A stretch of 56,681 nucleotides of DNA, the filler included, from Sphacelaria rigidula (lineage: Eukaryota): the NCBI GenBank assembly GCA_964200075.2. It is 4 parts of 4 records of this genome, joined end to end, with 100 filler letters (N's around TTAATTAATTAA, not from the genome) between each part and the next. Parts side by side here need not be neighbours in the genome. Positions count along the whole stretch, not along the records: positions 1 to 14,098 come from CAXNAA020002460.1; 3 more parts are not named here. One strand, given 5' to 3'. The notes beneath the pieces are model-generated. The model saw only the letters and a list, made by a program, of their open reading frames with translations, ran no database searches and had not been told where the DNA came from. The position numbers were made by a program, and so were the translations under genes. Numbering within the stretch: the first letter of the stretch is position 1; the number at the start of each line of letters is the position of its first letter. Below are positions 1 to 11,373 of this stretch, piece by piece.

Positions 1-62
1 GTACTGTTTTGGGCTCGAACCTAATTTCATTGATGAACCTCATTTATAGAATCCTCTGTTAA

Positions 63-1686
63 CTGCTCCAACAACAGCTACAGCAACTCGGACCCATATT
101 GGCAGCAGGGCAGGAGGCTGGAGCGGGAGCTGTGGTTTACATTGCTCCGCTATTTGGTTTGGGGGGACTAATGCCGAGATAGCCCCCCCACAAAAAGTTC
201 ATCGGAGACCACCTGAAAAACCGGCTGCGATCCCACTATTGGGCTCGTTTGCAGCAATTTCACCCACATGAGGGGCGTGTAGTAGTCCGGAATCAGCTAT
301 GACGCCCAAATGAGTCGCGTCGTGCACCACGAAACCAGCTCTAACGGCATTTATGATCATCGTCTCCGTGCACGTTTTTGGCCGGTTCGGGGGGGGGCTA
401 TCTCGGCAGCAGTCGGGGGTGGAGCTCCACAGCAACTCGGAATTGCAAATCTCGCGTTAGCCGCAGGTGCACGGCATACGTCCGTCCGTGAAAAGCAGGC
501 CGAAAAAATCTGGACGCCCACAGGCTATAGGCGGGCGTTCGTTCCACGCTTAGCTCTTCCTATATTTGCGGAGGAGAAGCATCGTGCCTAGTTCAACGAG
601 GATGTGGGGATGTGGGTCGACCCCACTCCGGTCGTGTTCAAGATGCTTACGTCTATGGCTTCCCTAAAGGCGGAGGAATTCAGGCACAAGCCCGATTAAA
701 AAGCTATGGCCGGACGAACCGACAAAACGAGGAAACGAGATGTATGCATTCACGTGAGGGCAACGCGTATGTCTTTCGGTTTTCTGTTGAGAAAGAGTTT
801 GGCTGACGGCAGCAAAGGCTCGGAACGTGTAGAGGCATTTTTGTCACGCCTTCAAAAAATCGAAGACAGTATCAGTTCCAACGCGTCAATCTACGACGCA
901 ACATGCAAGGCCGACAAAGGCAGCCTGCGGGCCCAACTTCTCACGACCATCAACAAAGACCTCGAGAACATGATGACCACGGGCGTGGGGTCGGTAGCGA
1001 CGTGGCTGTGTGCTCATTTCCCCAATGGCCCGCCATCACCCCCCGCCGAGATTGACACAGTGCCGCCTGTGACACAAGCGTCCTTCTCACACACGACGCG
1101 AGCGTTGGACACGGTTAACGGTATAGTCGCAACGCAGATCAGCGTCGACCTGTCACGCGGCAGTTCGAATACCAGCTTCCCCGCTCAGCCGGCAGTAGTG
1201 GGAAAGCGCAAGGCATCAACGCAGGGCACAGGCGTACAGAATGCACGAACTACGGAAGTGCGCCACCATCAGGCGAATGGATTTCGTCCCAACGGGTGCA
1301 TTCATTTTTCGAAAAACGGTCGATGCGCCGGTTTTGATGCCGGTACATGCATATACGATCATTTGCAAGCAAGGTTAGCACGGCACAGCGGGTCAAAGGG
1401 TGCCGGTTTTGGTCGGGGCGGCGGACGCGACAACAGTAACGTCAACATAACCGCAGGCGGCCGAGGCTTTAGCGGGGAGGCAGGAGGTCGAGGGGGGCGA
1501 GGGGGCAACTTCAACCGCAACAATCAAAACAGCGAAGCGGCCCCGATCAATAGTTTGGCGATAGTGCCATTCAACCCCCAAAACTCGCAAGGAAGCGCAG
1601 GAAGTGGTGGACCGGCGTTCGGCAGTGGGCAATGGGCACGGTCTCACGATGGAAGGGGCAGCAGTGGTCAGGGGCGCCAGGTTTGA
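63..1686 (+). pseudogene. Degenerate ORF with CCCH zinc finger and RGG/GRG-rich C-terminus; possible gag/ORF1-like protein of a retroelement or an RNA-binding protein
   Basis: ORF 706-1686 has CIHFSKNGRCAGFDAGTCIYDH (C-x8-C-x7-C-x3-H) followed by GRGGGR/GGRGGRGG. The same frame continues upstream through stops at 589 and 697, and joins 63-165 (LLQQQLQQLGP...) once the MITE at 166-414 plus a 4-bp TSD is removed. Confidence 0.5.
166..414. mobile_element. MITE with GAC termini, ~24-bp TIR and 4-bp TSD (GGGG)
   Basis: GACTAATGCCGAGATAGCCCCCCC ... GGGGGGGCTATCTCGGCAGCAGTC, flanked by G runs on both sides. Confidence 0.8.
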
Positions 1687-2949
1687 GGACACGGGCTCCA
1701 CTTCGTGGGGCCAACACCGACAGAGACCTTCCCGGGTACCGACAGATCACGCAGTTTTCCTCAGTCATGGACGATGGACGCCGCGGGACAGACGAGGTCA
1801 ATTCATTGAACATGCAGGCGTACCAGGTTCAGGGACAGTTTCTGTACAAGCGGTGTTAGGTGAGAATAGTTATGTCGGAAATGCTTTTAGGCTAACCAGC
1901 AGGTGTACAAAGAAGGCACATATTCTTTGTTATTCCACTCTCACGCACGCAGGTGGGCGGAGGTGGGTTTATCACTCGGTAGTTGGCAGATATTTCTCGG
2001 AAAGTTATGGTATGTGCAGGTGCGGATGAACATACCTGCAGGTGCGATGGTCATAAGTATTATTTTCGCACATGAGCCTGGCGCATGGAACAACACCTCC
2101 CGCGACAGTTGTTCGTCATCACTTGTCACCTTGTTCGTGACAGTCCCGGAAATATTGCGCCGCTTTTCAGCGGGAGAGAGCCCACACACCCGACGCACAC
2201 ATGCTCAGTCAAAGACACCCACCCACCCCAAGCAACACACACTTCACGCACGAGGACACTGCGCAGCATCCCTGCTGCACCTGGACGTGCCAAGTTGCTG
2301 CAGGGTACCTGATTGAAGGAGAAGACCTCACTTTACTCATACTGCAGTCCGATTTCATGTGCACCCCGTCGAGTACCGTAGTGGCACAGCACACCTCCTC
2401 TTGCAGCAGTTGCTGCGCAGGCGATGTAGCGCCGAAGGCAGAGGGACACAGTCGAAATTGTCTATGTGAAGACTGAATCATCATACCACAGCGAAATAGT
2501 CGGCCTGTACCCGAGAGAGGTTGGGTATGGATAGCAGCGACGGTGTGTAGTGGTGTGAATTCCACGCTGTATTGGCGGGGAAACATACCGTTTTGGCGGG
2601 AACCTGCAGCGACAACGGTAACCCCTTTCCCCGTAAAGGCCGCGGGCCTGTCGCCGAGGAACTGGACGAGATGACTTCGCCCCAATTTTTCCCCCGATCA
2701 ACACTGCACCCCCGGGCGACAGCGCTCACCCCCCGGCAGCACGCGCCGCACAAGATGGCCCTGCCTTTCGAGTATCCTCTTGCTTGCGATTGGAATCAGT
2801 TGCGCTGCGGCGTCACCACCGCTTGCCCGGGGCATTCCACGCGATACAACTACATCGCAGGATGCGGCAAGGCACCAAACCGAAGATGACGCTTCTCACA
2901 TCGAAGAGAGGGGGGTGGGGGGGCAGGGGCACGGAGGGAGTGCGCACCG

Positions 2950-3880
2950 ATCAGACTGTTCCGGCGGAGGTGGTTGCAGAGGCGGTCGCCATAGGATAGT
3001 CGGTGGGGAAGAGGGCGGTGGCAGAGACTCATGGTTGGGCGCAAGTTGCGGAATGATAAACTGGACACCGGACAACCGTACAAATTGCTGTGCGTGCAGC
3101 TGTCCGAGGGTGCCGCAATAAATGCAAGACCATGAAAACACGGGTGGCGACAGCCGTCGTTTTACGGGAGGTATGGGCGGACACAATGGATGGGGTGGGT
3201 GCGCTGGCATCGGTAGTGTGGGGGTCGGGGGATTGGAACGGCGGCGGCGGCGGTGGTGGCAGCGGTGGGCGCTGGATCGGGGGTACGGGAGGAATGAGTC
3301 ATGGCAGCGGCGGCAGGGCGGTCGGAAACTGGAACGGCGACGGCGGCGCCGGCCGCTGGACTGAGGTGATGGGCGAGAACGGTGGAGGGAGTGGGTGCAA
3401 TGCCAGCGACGGCAGGGAGGTTGGGGACTGGCACCGCGGTGCCGGCTCCGGGCGCTGGCCTGAGGTGACGGGCGAAAACGGTGGAGGGGGCGGTTGCGAT
3501 GGCAGCGGCGGGAGGAGGATGGAGAATTATAACGGTGGCGCTGTCCCCGGCGCGAGGCCGGCGGTCCCCCGCTGTACCGGCGGTATGGGCGAGAACGGTG
3601 AAGGGAGCGGGTTCCCTGGTAGCAGCGGTGGAGGGGACGCGGACAGGGGTGCCGGTGGTGGCGGCGGCAGCCTCACATCGCCTTGCGCGTGGTGCAGCAT
3701 CCTTGACTGGGCTAACATCGAGGGCACGAAGTCGTGCACGTCATGCTAGCGACGGAGGGAGCCTGAGGTGGAGCATGGCCGTGGGGGGTGCGGCGGAGGA
3801 GGCAGGGATGGGAACAGGGGAGGGAGCGGCCGCGACTGCATCGACGGTGGCGGCCGTGAGGGGAGCGTGGAAGCTGACAC
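2950..3880 (-). other. Low-complexity, internally repeated GC-rich coding-like relic (Pro-rich on minus, Gly-rich on plus)
   Basis: Recurrent GGGCGAGAACGGTG-like units (~3371, ~3470, ~3587). Minus frame reads PPPFSP/QRP repeats interrupted by stops. No recognisable domain. Confidence 0.3.
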
Positions 3881-4675
3881 ATCTGTTTTAGTGCTGATGA
3901 AAAAGTGCTATATATGTGGAAATTCACTAAACGCGTACAAAGTGCAATGGGTATGTCGGATGTACCGTGACAAAAACGTGGAAAAGATGCGATGGGCCTG
4001 CACACGTCCTGCGTGCTTCCTCGAGCGAGAACGCTGCTGCTTCTGTGGTGAAGACAAACGAGTCGGGTGCCGATGTCACGCGTAAGTGCAGGAGATAACT
4101 GCCGCCAATATTTTTGTTCGTTCCCCTACTGACCCCGCCCGGCTAGTGTACACGTGCTTGTCGGTAATGGTGCGTTCCCGCGTTGTCGCAGTCATTTCAT
4201 GACGATTGAAGAACACGTCGCGTACCTTTGTCCCCATTGGCACTCAATCACCCGCATCAGGTGTAAAAATAGGAGGAAGAGGGTGAATGACTCCGCGCAC
4301 CAAGAAGCATTGGCGACGAAAAGGGTCGCACAGAAGATGAGCCCTAAAACAATATGGTGGAACTCCTTCCTTCTCTCTCCAACACGCGAGGAGCAGGACG
4401 CGGTGGTGCCAGACTCTGTGTATTTCGTGTGCGGGGCAACAAGTGGCGGCCGCGTGCTTGTAGTGATGAACGGGGGACATGCTATGTGTACGAGGGACCA
4501 ATGCAAAGGGTAAGTCGTCGCCGCCAGCTTGCATACTGTTGACCGGGTATTGAATTGTTGACGGCACGTCTGGCGATATCCACTGTCATTTTGTTTTTCG
4601 TACAAGCAATGATGGTGATCTTGTTCGCCGAATTCGGATCCCTTCTTCCAGCACTGGTTGAAAGCAGTATCATGA

Positions 4676-5264
4676 GAGCGTGTATGCGTGTTTCACACGG
4701 GGGGATGTAAAAGAGAAGTGGGCAACGTGCAGCGCAGACAGCCCATGCAGGACTATCAGTTCTCTCTGCTTACAACGCGACGTGAAATGGACTTCAGCAA
4801 AGGTGCAGCTTTGCACTGCCTGCACTGTCCATAAGCGTGCACGCAACTCGGTTGCCCACCGTACCGCGCAGTTCCGTCGCTAATTCCCACCATGAAAGAA
4901 GATGCGAAAGTTTTCGCCAACGAAAAATAGTAGAGCATACCAAGCTACTGCAGTTTATCTATCCCTGGGCTCAAGTCATACCCTATGCCGCGTGTGTTGC
5001 GATGGTAGCTGAGAATGAGTTGGATGGAGTTTGCATCATTTTGTGAACAGGTTTTCTCTGGCGTGGTGGTCTGTAAGATAGGAGTCAAGTACCGCTTTGT
5101 GCCTTCCGACCGCATGTTTTCGATCGAAAAGGTTTATGTTTCATGTCCACGAGTTTCTCGCAGGCCATTCATTTCAATTTTGAGTTGAAGCCTTCAAGGA
5201 ACATAAATGCGGTGAATCCATCAGATCGGCAAAAAAAAACGACGGCACTTTTTCTATCGAAAAA
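4676..5264 (+). repeat. Interspersed repeat family A, copy 1
   Basis: Clear similarity to 8503-9151 and 45712-46335 (shared GGCAACGTGCAG, GGTAGCTGAGAATGAGTTGGA, CTGTAAGATAGGAG). Contains the palindrome TTTTCGATCGAAAA at 5117-5130. Confidence 0.85.
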
Positions 5265-5698
5265 AAGGGGATTGTCGTTTTCCGCGTTTCCTATATTTTA
5301 GTTTATATATATTTTCGCTTTTCCGCGCTTTTTCTGCGCTACTTTCTTGCTTTTTCGCGTCCCCCTCCCTTTTTCTCGACCCTAACTTTCTTACGCCCCC
5401 CATGTTTAAAAAAAACACCCTACCGCACATCTCTCTCGCGTGTCTCATGGTCCGCATATATTTCTCGGGCGATATTTTTTACATGTGTTGTGTTTTTCGT
5501 CTTGTGTCGATTCAAAAGGCCACATGATCCATGGAGATAAATACATATACTTCGAGTATTCGTCATTTTTTTTATGCGCGTGTTTTCATTTTTTTCATGT
5601 TCAAATGTGAACATTATGCGCCGATTCATGTGTATTTTGGTGACGTATGCGTGACTTTTGCGCCTTTTTCGCGTCGTTCTGGGGGTGGTTCCTGGCGG

Positions 5699-5735
5699 GT
5701 TCCTGGCGGCACCGCCCATGGAACGTACCTTCTAG
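5699..5735 (+). mobile_element. Possible Helitron-like 3' terminus (GC hairpin followed by CTAG)
   Basis: GTTCC-T-GGCGG-CA-CCGCC-CAT-GGAAC stem, then 7 nt, then CTAG (5732-5735), after a long T-rich tract. The following base is C rather than the canonical T. Confidence 0.35.
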
Positions 5736-7649
5736 CAAGAAAACAAGACGCGTTGAACAGTTCGAGATCCCACGGTTGCTTGGAATGAAGGCTCGCTCGT
5801 TTTTCTCTTCGTTTATCAGTTTTGAAGGCCATAACGGAAATAATAATAAAAAAGAAGGAAGAAAAATGAAAATAAAAGTTCTGCGCTTTTCCTCTCGCTC
5901 TCTGCTCCTCAGCGGTCTCCTTCCCGTCGCACCGTTGGGGCGCTGGAGTCCGTATCTCGGTCACCTCGACCTCTTTCTCTCTGCCAGACGAGAGTAGTGC
6001 TCACTGTTGCACTGTCCGTGCACTGTGTTCTGTGCGCTGTACGCTATACAGTTGTGGATTGGACTGGCGTGTGACGTTGTGGCGGGAGCCGCCGTTTGAT
6101 GTGAAAAATGACACATTTATTTCTTGATCAGTTTAACATGGACATAGACTAGCTCACATAAAGAACCAAAAACCGGTATCAGACCCGCAACAAAGCTGAA
6201 AACAAAATACGAACACAAACAAACGCCACGACTCCACGAACCACGCCACATGGAGCACCCGTGAGCGGGTACTAGCTGCTGAACATGGGGTGCAGAATCC
6301 ATTTGGAATACTACATGCGCCAAGTTAGGCGTAAAGGTTACAGCTTTTATGCCTTCGTTATGCTGAAATCTCCAAACACATACTATTTTGAAAAAACGCA
6401 TGTGCTTATGCACAAAACCCCGTTCAATGCTAAAATATAGGAACTGGGCCCACAGATAGGGGCAGCATTCATGAGTAGGCAAAGTTTCTCGACCAATCAG
6501 AGTCTTTGAATACACCAAAATGCGGCGACCTTTCTTCGATCAGATGAGAGATATTAGTAGCAATGAAGTCAAAAACCAGCTTCGATTGGCCGACACAGTG
6601 CGCCGCTGCGGCACAGACAGCTGCTTCCGGCAATAAACGAGGATACAGCAGCTCCGTGCTGGCTCAGCTTGTTTGTCCCATCCTGCACGCACCCGCCTGG
6701 CGTGTCCTCCCCAATCACAGCACCCGACTATATATAACTGAAGTACCAGAGGAGACACAACAGACAGCTGTACAGCCGTCACGCGACGGTTGTTTCAACC
6801 TTTCTTTGTTTCGACAGCACCTTGATCCCACCCCAGTTCTGTGCAGCCCGAAACACGGCACGCAGCAGTACGACTGCTCAGGCACTCTCCAGTGCACATC
6901 GCACCGTGATCGTCGTGAAGTGTTTAGATGCCCAACAGCAGCATAGAAATGATGGGTTTATGGAGTGCCTTATTCCCTTGACTCGAGACGAAACAGCTCA
7001 CACACCATGAGCGTTTCAATGGTGTGTAAAGAGCACTGCGTCCCGACAAGATCATTTTTCATACGTAGAGACGAACGGAATGACAATATATAAAGCAACT
7101 CAGGCACTCCCAGCGGAGATCGAACCGTCTCCACAAAGGCCTGAAACGCCACAGCGCAGCGACACCTACAGCACACACGGCAGAGCATGAGTGTGTTTGT
7201 GCTGCAGCACAGTGGTACAGGACATGTCCCATTCGATAATTATTTCCCTGATCTCGGGTGAGTCCTTGGTTTTTGCCCAGTGGCGATTTTTAAACGCTGG
7301 GCCATAATCGCGAAGATATTTCACTTCACTTTGAGTTACTGTACCCCCATCTGTGGGAGATGAGCCAAAATATATGCGCGCATAAGAAGCAAAAGCCTGA
7401 CTGTAATCTGTCACGGATTCCCGGCGCAGCTTCTTCCGAGACCATGCAAGTTGTTCAGCACAGGATAGGTGAGCTACACCAGCGGGTTGCAATGTTTGGT
7501 GCGATTGCGTTTTTTTTTCAAGCAATATGATCGTGGTAAAGCTACATTACTCGAGCAGGGTGGGAAAACATTGACTTCGCGCAATGGGGGATGATCGCAC
7601 TACGTAGTGTTCAGATGGTGAGACACCCCCATGAGACTGTGTAGATCCT

Positions 7650-7864
7650 TGTAATGCGTGAGACGATCGACCGCGTGCTTAGGGGACCGCCTTGTAGTCG
7701 GAAACACCTCGAAATGAGCGTGTTTCAGTACACATCAGGCGAGTCCCTGCAGAGACCTCTCTCCTGACCCTAACCTCAACACCTACCCTAACCCTAACCT
7801 TAACCATAAGGATGTTCAAATTCCGATGCGGTCCTCGAAGCACGCGGTCCTCCCACGCATTACC
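7650..7864. mobile_element. Ginger-like MITE with internal telomere-like CCCTAA repeats
   Basis: TIR TGTAATGCGTG...GACCGCGTGCTT / AAGCACGCGGTCCTCCCACGCATTAC; internal CCCTAACCCTAACCTTAACC. Homologous to 14720-14930. Confidence 0.75.
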
Positions 7865-8248
7865 CCATGGCTACATGTCTCTCTGCTCTGCACAACTGTC
7901 AACCGGAAAGTACATATCACAAGGCTTACAGAAGAACAAAATAAGCGAGATGCAGCTCACCGTTCATGCGACGCGTCGAACGTACATCACGGTGCTTCGC
8001 GCTTGGTGACTAATTGCGAGCCTGGTCCGGCGAAAACCCGGCCTGCTCCTTCCCGCTTTGTAGGCATGCTTCAACGAGCACGAGCAGCTACGGTCACGCA
8101 GCGGATGGTTGACACTCTGCCTTGACTATGCGTGACAAGACACTAGCGGCTTTGTATTGTGTACCATTTATGTTGTAGTGAGACAACGAAAAAGGTATGG
8201 AAAATGATAAGGTTGCCCACTCTTGAATCGTGAAACGGTACAGCGGTC

Positions 8249-8498
8249 GACACTTTCTACGATAGCCCCCCCCCCCCAAACCAGCTAAAAGCGTCACGAA
8301 AACAATGGCCGTACAGCGCCTGATGTTCCAGTTCAGGCTGCATGAAGCGCTTCATATTGGCAACATTGGCTAGAACGAACTCAAGCGTGGGAATTCCCAC
8401 CTCCTCGTTGTGCTCGGCTTCTCCCATTTCGATTTACGTAAAGATTTTGCCTCCCAAAACCATGCACTTTCTTGGGGGGGGCTATCGTAGACAGTGTC
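8249..8498. mobile_element. MITE with GAC termini and perfect 4-bp TSD GGTC
   Basis: GACACTTTCTACGATAGCCCCCCC ... GGGGGGGCTATCGTAGACAGTGTC; GGTC at 8245-8248 and 8499-8502. Confidence 0.9.
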
Positions 8499-8502
8499 GG
8501 TC

Positions 8503-9151
8503 TGTACAGTTTTGCCTGCACTCCTTGCGAGCATTGTCTCGAGTGCGTGGGAGCGTGTTTCGTACAAGAGGATATAAAAGAGGAGCGGGCAACGTGCAGT
8601 GCAGACAGCCCAGGACTATCAGTCCTCTCTGCTTACGATGCGACGTAAAAAGGACTTTAGCAACATGCAACTTTGTACTGCCTGCACTATTGTCCATGAG
8701 CGTGCACGCAACTCGATTGCCCACCGTACCAGGCAGTTCCGTCGCTAATCCCTACCATCAGATATCAGAGAAGACGCGCAGGTTTTCGCCAACAAAAAGT
8801 AGACAAAGCTCACCCGACTACTGCGGTGTTTTTTTCCCTGGGCTCAACTCGTGCTCTATGCTGCAGGGTTGTGGTGGTAGCTGAGAATGAGTTGGATGGA
8901 CCCTGCACGGTCCTGTGAACAGGTGTCATCTGGCGTGATGCTCTGTAAGATAGGAGATAGGAGTCAATAATTGCCGCTTCGTGCCTTTCGACCGCATGTT
9001 TTCGATCAAAAACGATTATCTCGTCACCTCGAGCAATTCTTCTCCGCGCGCTGCTAGTTATAATTTTGGGTGGAAGCCATCCAGGAACATAAATGCGGTG
9101 GACCTATCAGATCGGCAAAAACAAATCGACCGCACTCTTTTGAACAAAAAG
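8503..9151 (+). repeat. Interspersed repeat family A, copy 2
   Basis: Colinear with 4676-5264; TTTTCGATCAAAAA at 8999-9012. Confidence 0.85.
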
Positions 9152-9273
9152 AAAAAGTGACACGCCTATTTCATTCATCCAGAGGGCGAAACAACGAAGA
9201 GGGAGGCGTGAAACGAAAATGACCTGTGGGGGCCGTGCCATCCATACCATCGCTGTAGAGTTGTAGCAGTCGT

Positions 9274-9537
9274 CACATTCCTCTGGAGGGTTTCATTTTT
9301 GTTGTAGAGCCTCCGCAGAATGCACACGACCCCTCTAGGGGCAGCCCAAGGTCCTCCCTCCAGAGGGTCTCCAGTGGGCTATTGATGTACGGGCCGACAC
9401 ACCCTCTAGAATGGCAGAACATGGACCCCTCCACCACTTTTTGCCCCTCCAAAGGTCCTATAGAGGGTGTTTTTCCCTCTAGAAGGGGAAATTTCCCTCT
9501 GAAAGGAATTTTGGGGCGAGCCAAATGGCCGGGTATG
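9274..9537. mobile_element. Truncated relative of the CACTA-like MITE at 46972-47323
   Basis: Arrays of CCTCYAGAGG-like motifs. Right end GGAATTTTGGGGCGAGCCAAATGGCCGGGTATG matches the TIR at ~47290-47323. Confidence 0.6.
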
Positions 9538-10344
9538 GGTGCTACGGGAAATGCGAGATGCAACGCAACTTGTGCAACAAAATTAGATTATGTACGTTAT
9601 CACGCTAAAATATGGTCGCCGCATTACGGTGCCGTAGCCTTGGGGAGTAGAAATACAGCAAGGGCCCGCTCACTCGCGGTTCCTGCAGCCGTGGGAGATT
9701 GAGTCACTGGTTGTGTGTCGAGGACCCCGCCCACGCCACAACAAGTGGACTCATGGGGCCACCTTACACGGGCTGCGGCTGGTACACGTAATCCGCACTT
9801 CAAACCCAGTAGCCCAAGGTGACGCGTGCTGTGGACTATGTGCGTAAAGCGTGGATGAAGTTCGTAGCAGCAGTCCTCAACGTGGACAACGTACGACGCG
9901 AGCCAGCCGAATAGAGTCTGCATTTCTGGTTCATTGAAGGTTATACATGCATGCTCAACCTGCGTGACATCTAAGTGCATCGCGGAACAATCCTGGTAAA
10001 ATGTACTCACTAGCGGAAATCACCTGTTGGCGTTCTTGTCTACACCACTGCCGCTGTCAACCCCGACCACATGATCAAGTGCTCTCATGGTACCGAACCC
10101 CCACATAACATAGCTTATATCCAAGTTGCAAATTGCTGAGGAGTCGCGTGTTTTTGACAAAAGCCATGTCCAACTCCAGTCGGGTGCACTGGTATTTCTT
10201 GCCACCGTGAAATACGGGAGCAATTCGCGCCCGCCATGGGGTCACTTACCGATGGTCGTGAACTGTAGGTGTGATTTGCAGCTACTATTGTGTCGATGCA
10301 AGGCACATGGGACGGGCACGTGCAGATTCTTCGCAGTCGCTGGA

Positions 10345-10620
10345 CTTGTAAATAGTTATTTACCACTTCAGTCCGGGGGGCACAGTTTTCGGCACTGCAT
10401 GCAGCAGGCGCATTTCTCGCCCGCCACGATGCCGTTTATACGGCGCGATGGCTCGAACGATGGCTACGGATTGTGTGAGTATATTGCAACTGCTGTTGTG
10501 TTGATGTACGGCACACGGGACGAACGCGCGCAGCTACTCTACTGGCTGGAGTTGTAAATAACTATTTACCACTCGAGAGTTGTTATTTACCACTCGCGAG
10601 TTGTAAATAGCCTCACCCTA
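10345..10620. repeat. Cluster of GTTGTAAATAGTTATTTACCACT-type quasi-palindromic motifs, probably a TE subterminal array
   Basis: Full or partial motifs at ~10346, 10551, 10578 and 10600, followed by a (TA)n tract. Confidence 0.5.
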
Positions 10621-11373
10621 TATATATATATCATCATTTCCTACAGAGGAAATAAAGCCGCGCTTCGCGCGAATAATTTATTTCACTACAAATCCCGATG
10701 TATGGGTGCTGTGCCATACTGGTTGTGCAATATGCCGTCACCCACACTCCCCCAATACACACACGTATATATCGATGGAACAATATGTGTTCAACCCCAC
10801 GGTATGAATATATATTGGGCGGGCAATCTCTCTGTAGATCCACGAAATTAGTATTTATTGGGCGTGCAGAATGTGCATTGAAGATACTCATATTGCATTG
10901 TCCAGGGTGTGCAATTGTGTTGTTTGCGAGGGGCAGTAATACCGTACGGCACGTCGAATTTGAACCACTTCATGAGCAAGTGCTCCCGAGATGTTCACGG
11001 AATCTGCGGTATGACAATTGGTCATGACCCATAATTTCACCTGATAGCACGGCCTCGTCAACGCGAAATTTCAGCCCACTATCCAGCCTGGGGTATACTT
11101 CCAAAGTATACACATTTAATGTATGTAATACAAATATTTGTATGTAATATACATATTTGTATTTCAATACACGATGATCCAAGCTCCGAAACTCAAATCA
11201 TCGGCTGCCGACCCCTTTACAACATCGATCGACCGAGCACCCTTCATGGTAACGCATGTTTCTGCCATGGCGATAGCGTGCAAATACTGCTCACTCAACT
11301 AAGGATCGAGACAAAGAAAACATCTCAGACACAATATCGTACTCGAGCATGTTCTGGTAGCAGATGCGTGGAA

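Noticed and set aside
3090..3749. 219-aa Gly-rich plus-strand ORF
   Set aside because: Low-complexity GC-rich sequence stays open by chance; it is the antisense of the Pro-rich relic.
6117..7525. Short minus-strand ORFs as exons of a host gene
   Set aside because: No recognisable domain or consistent splice chain.
7768..7806. True telomere or chromosome end
   Set aside because: Short, degenerate and internal to a MITE.
9624..10223. Minus-strand ORFs with nearby donor-like sites
   Set aside because: No homology recognised; cannot build a supported model.
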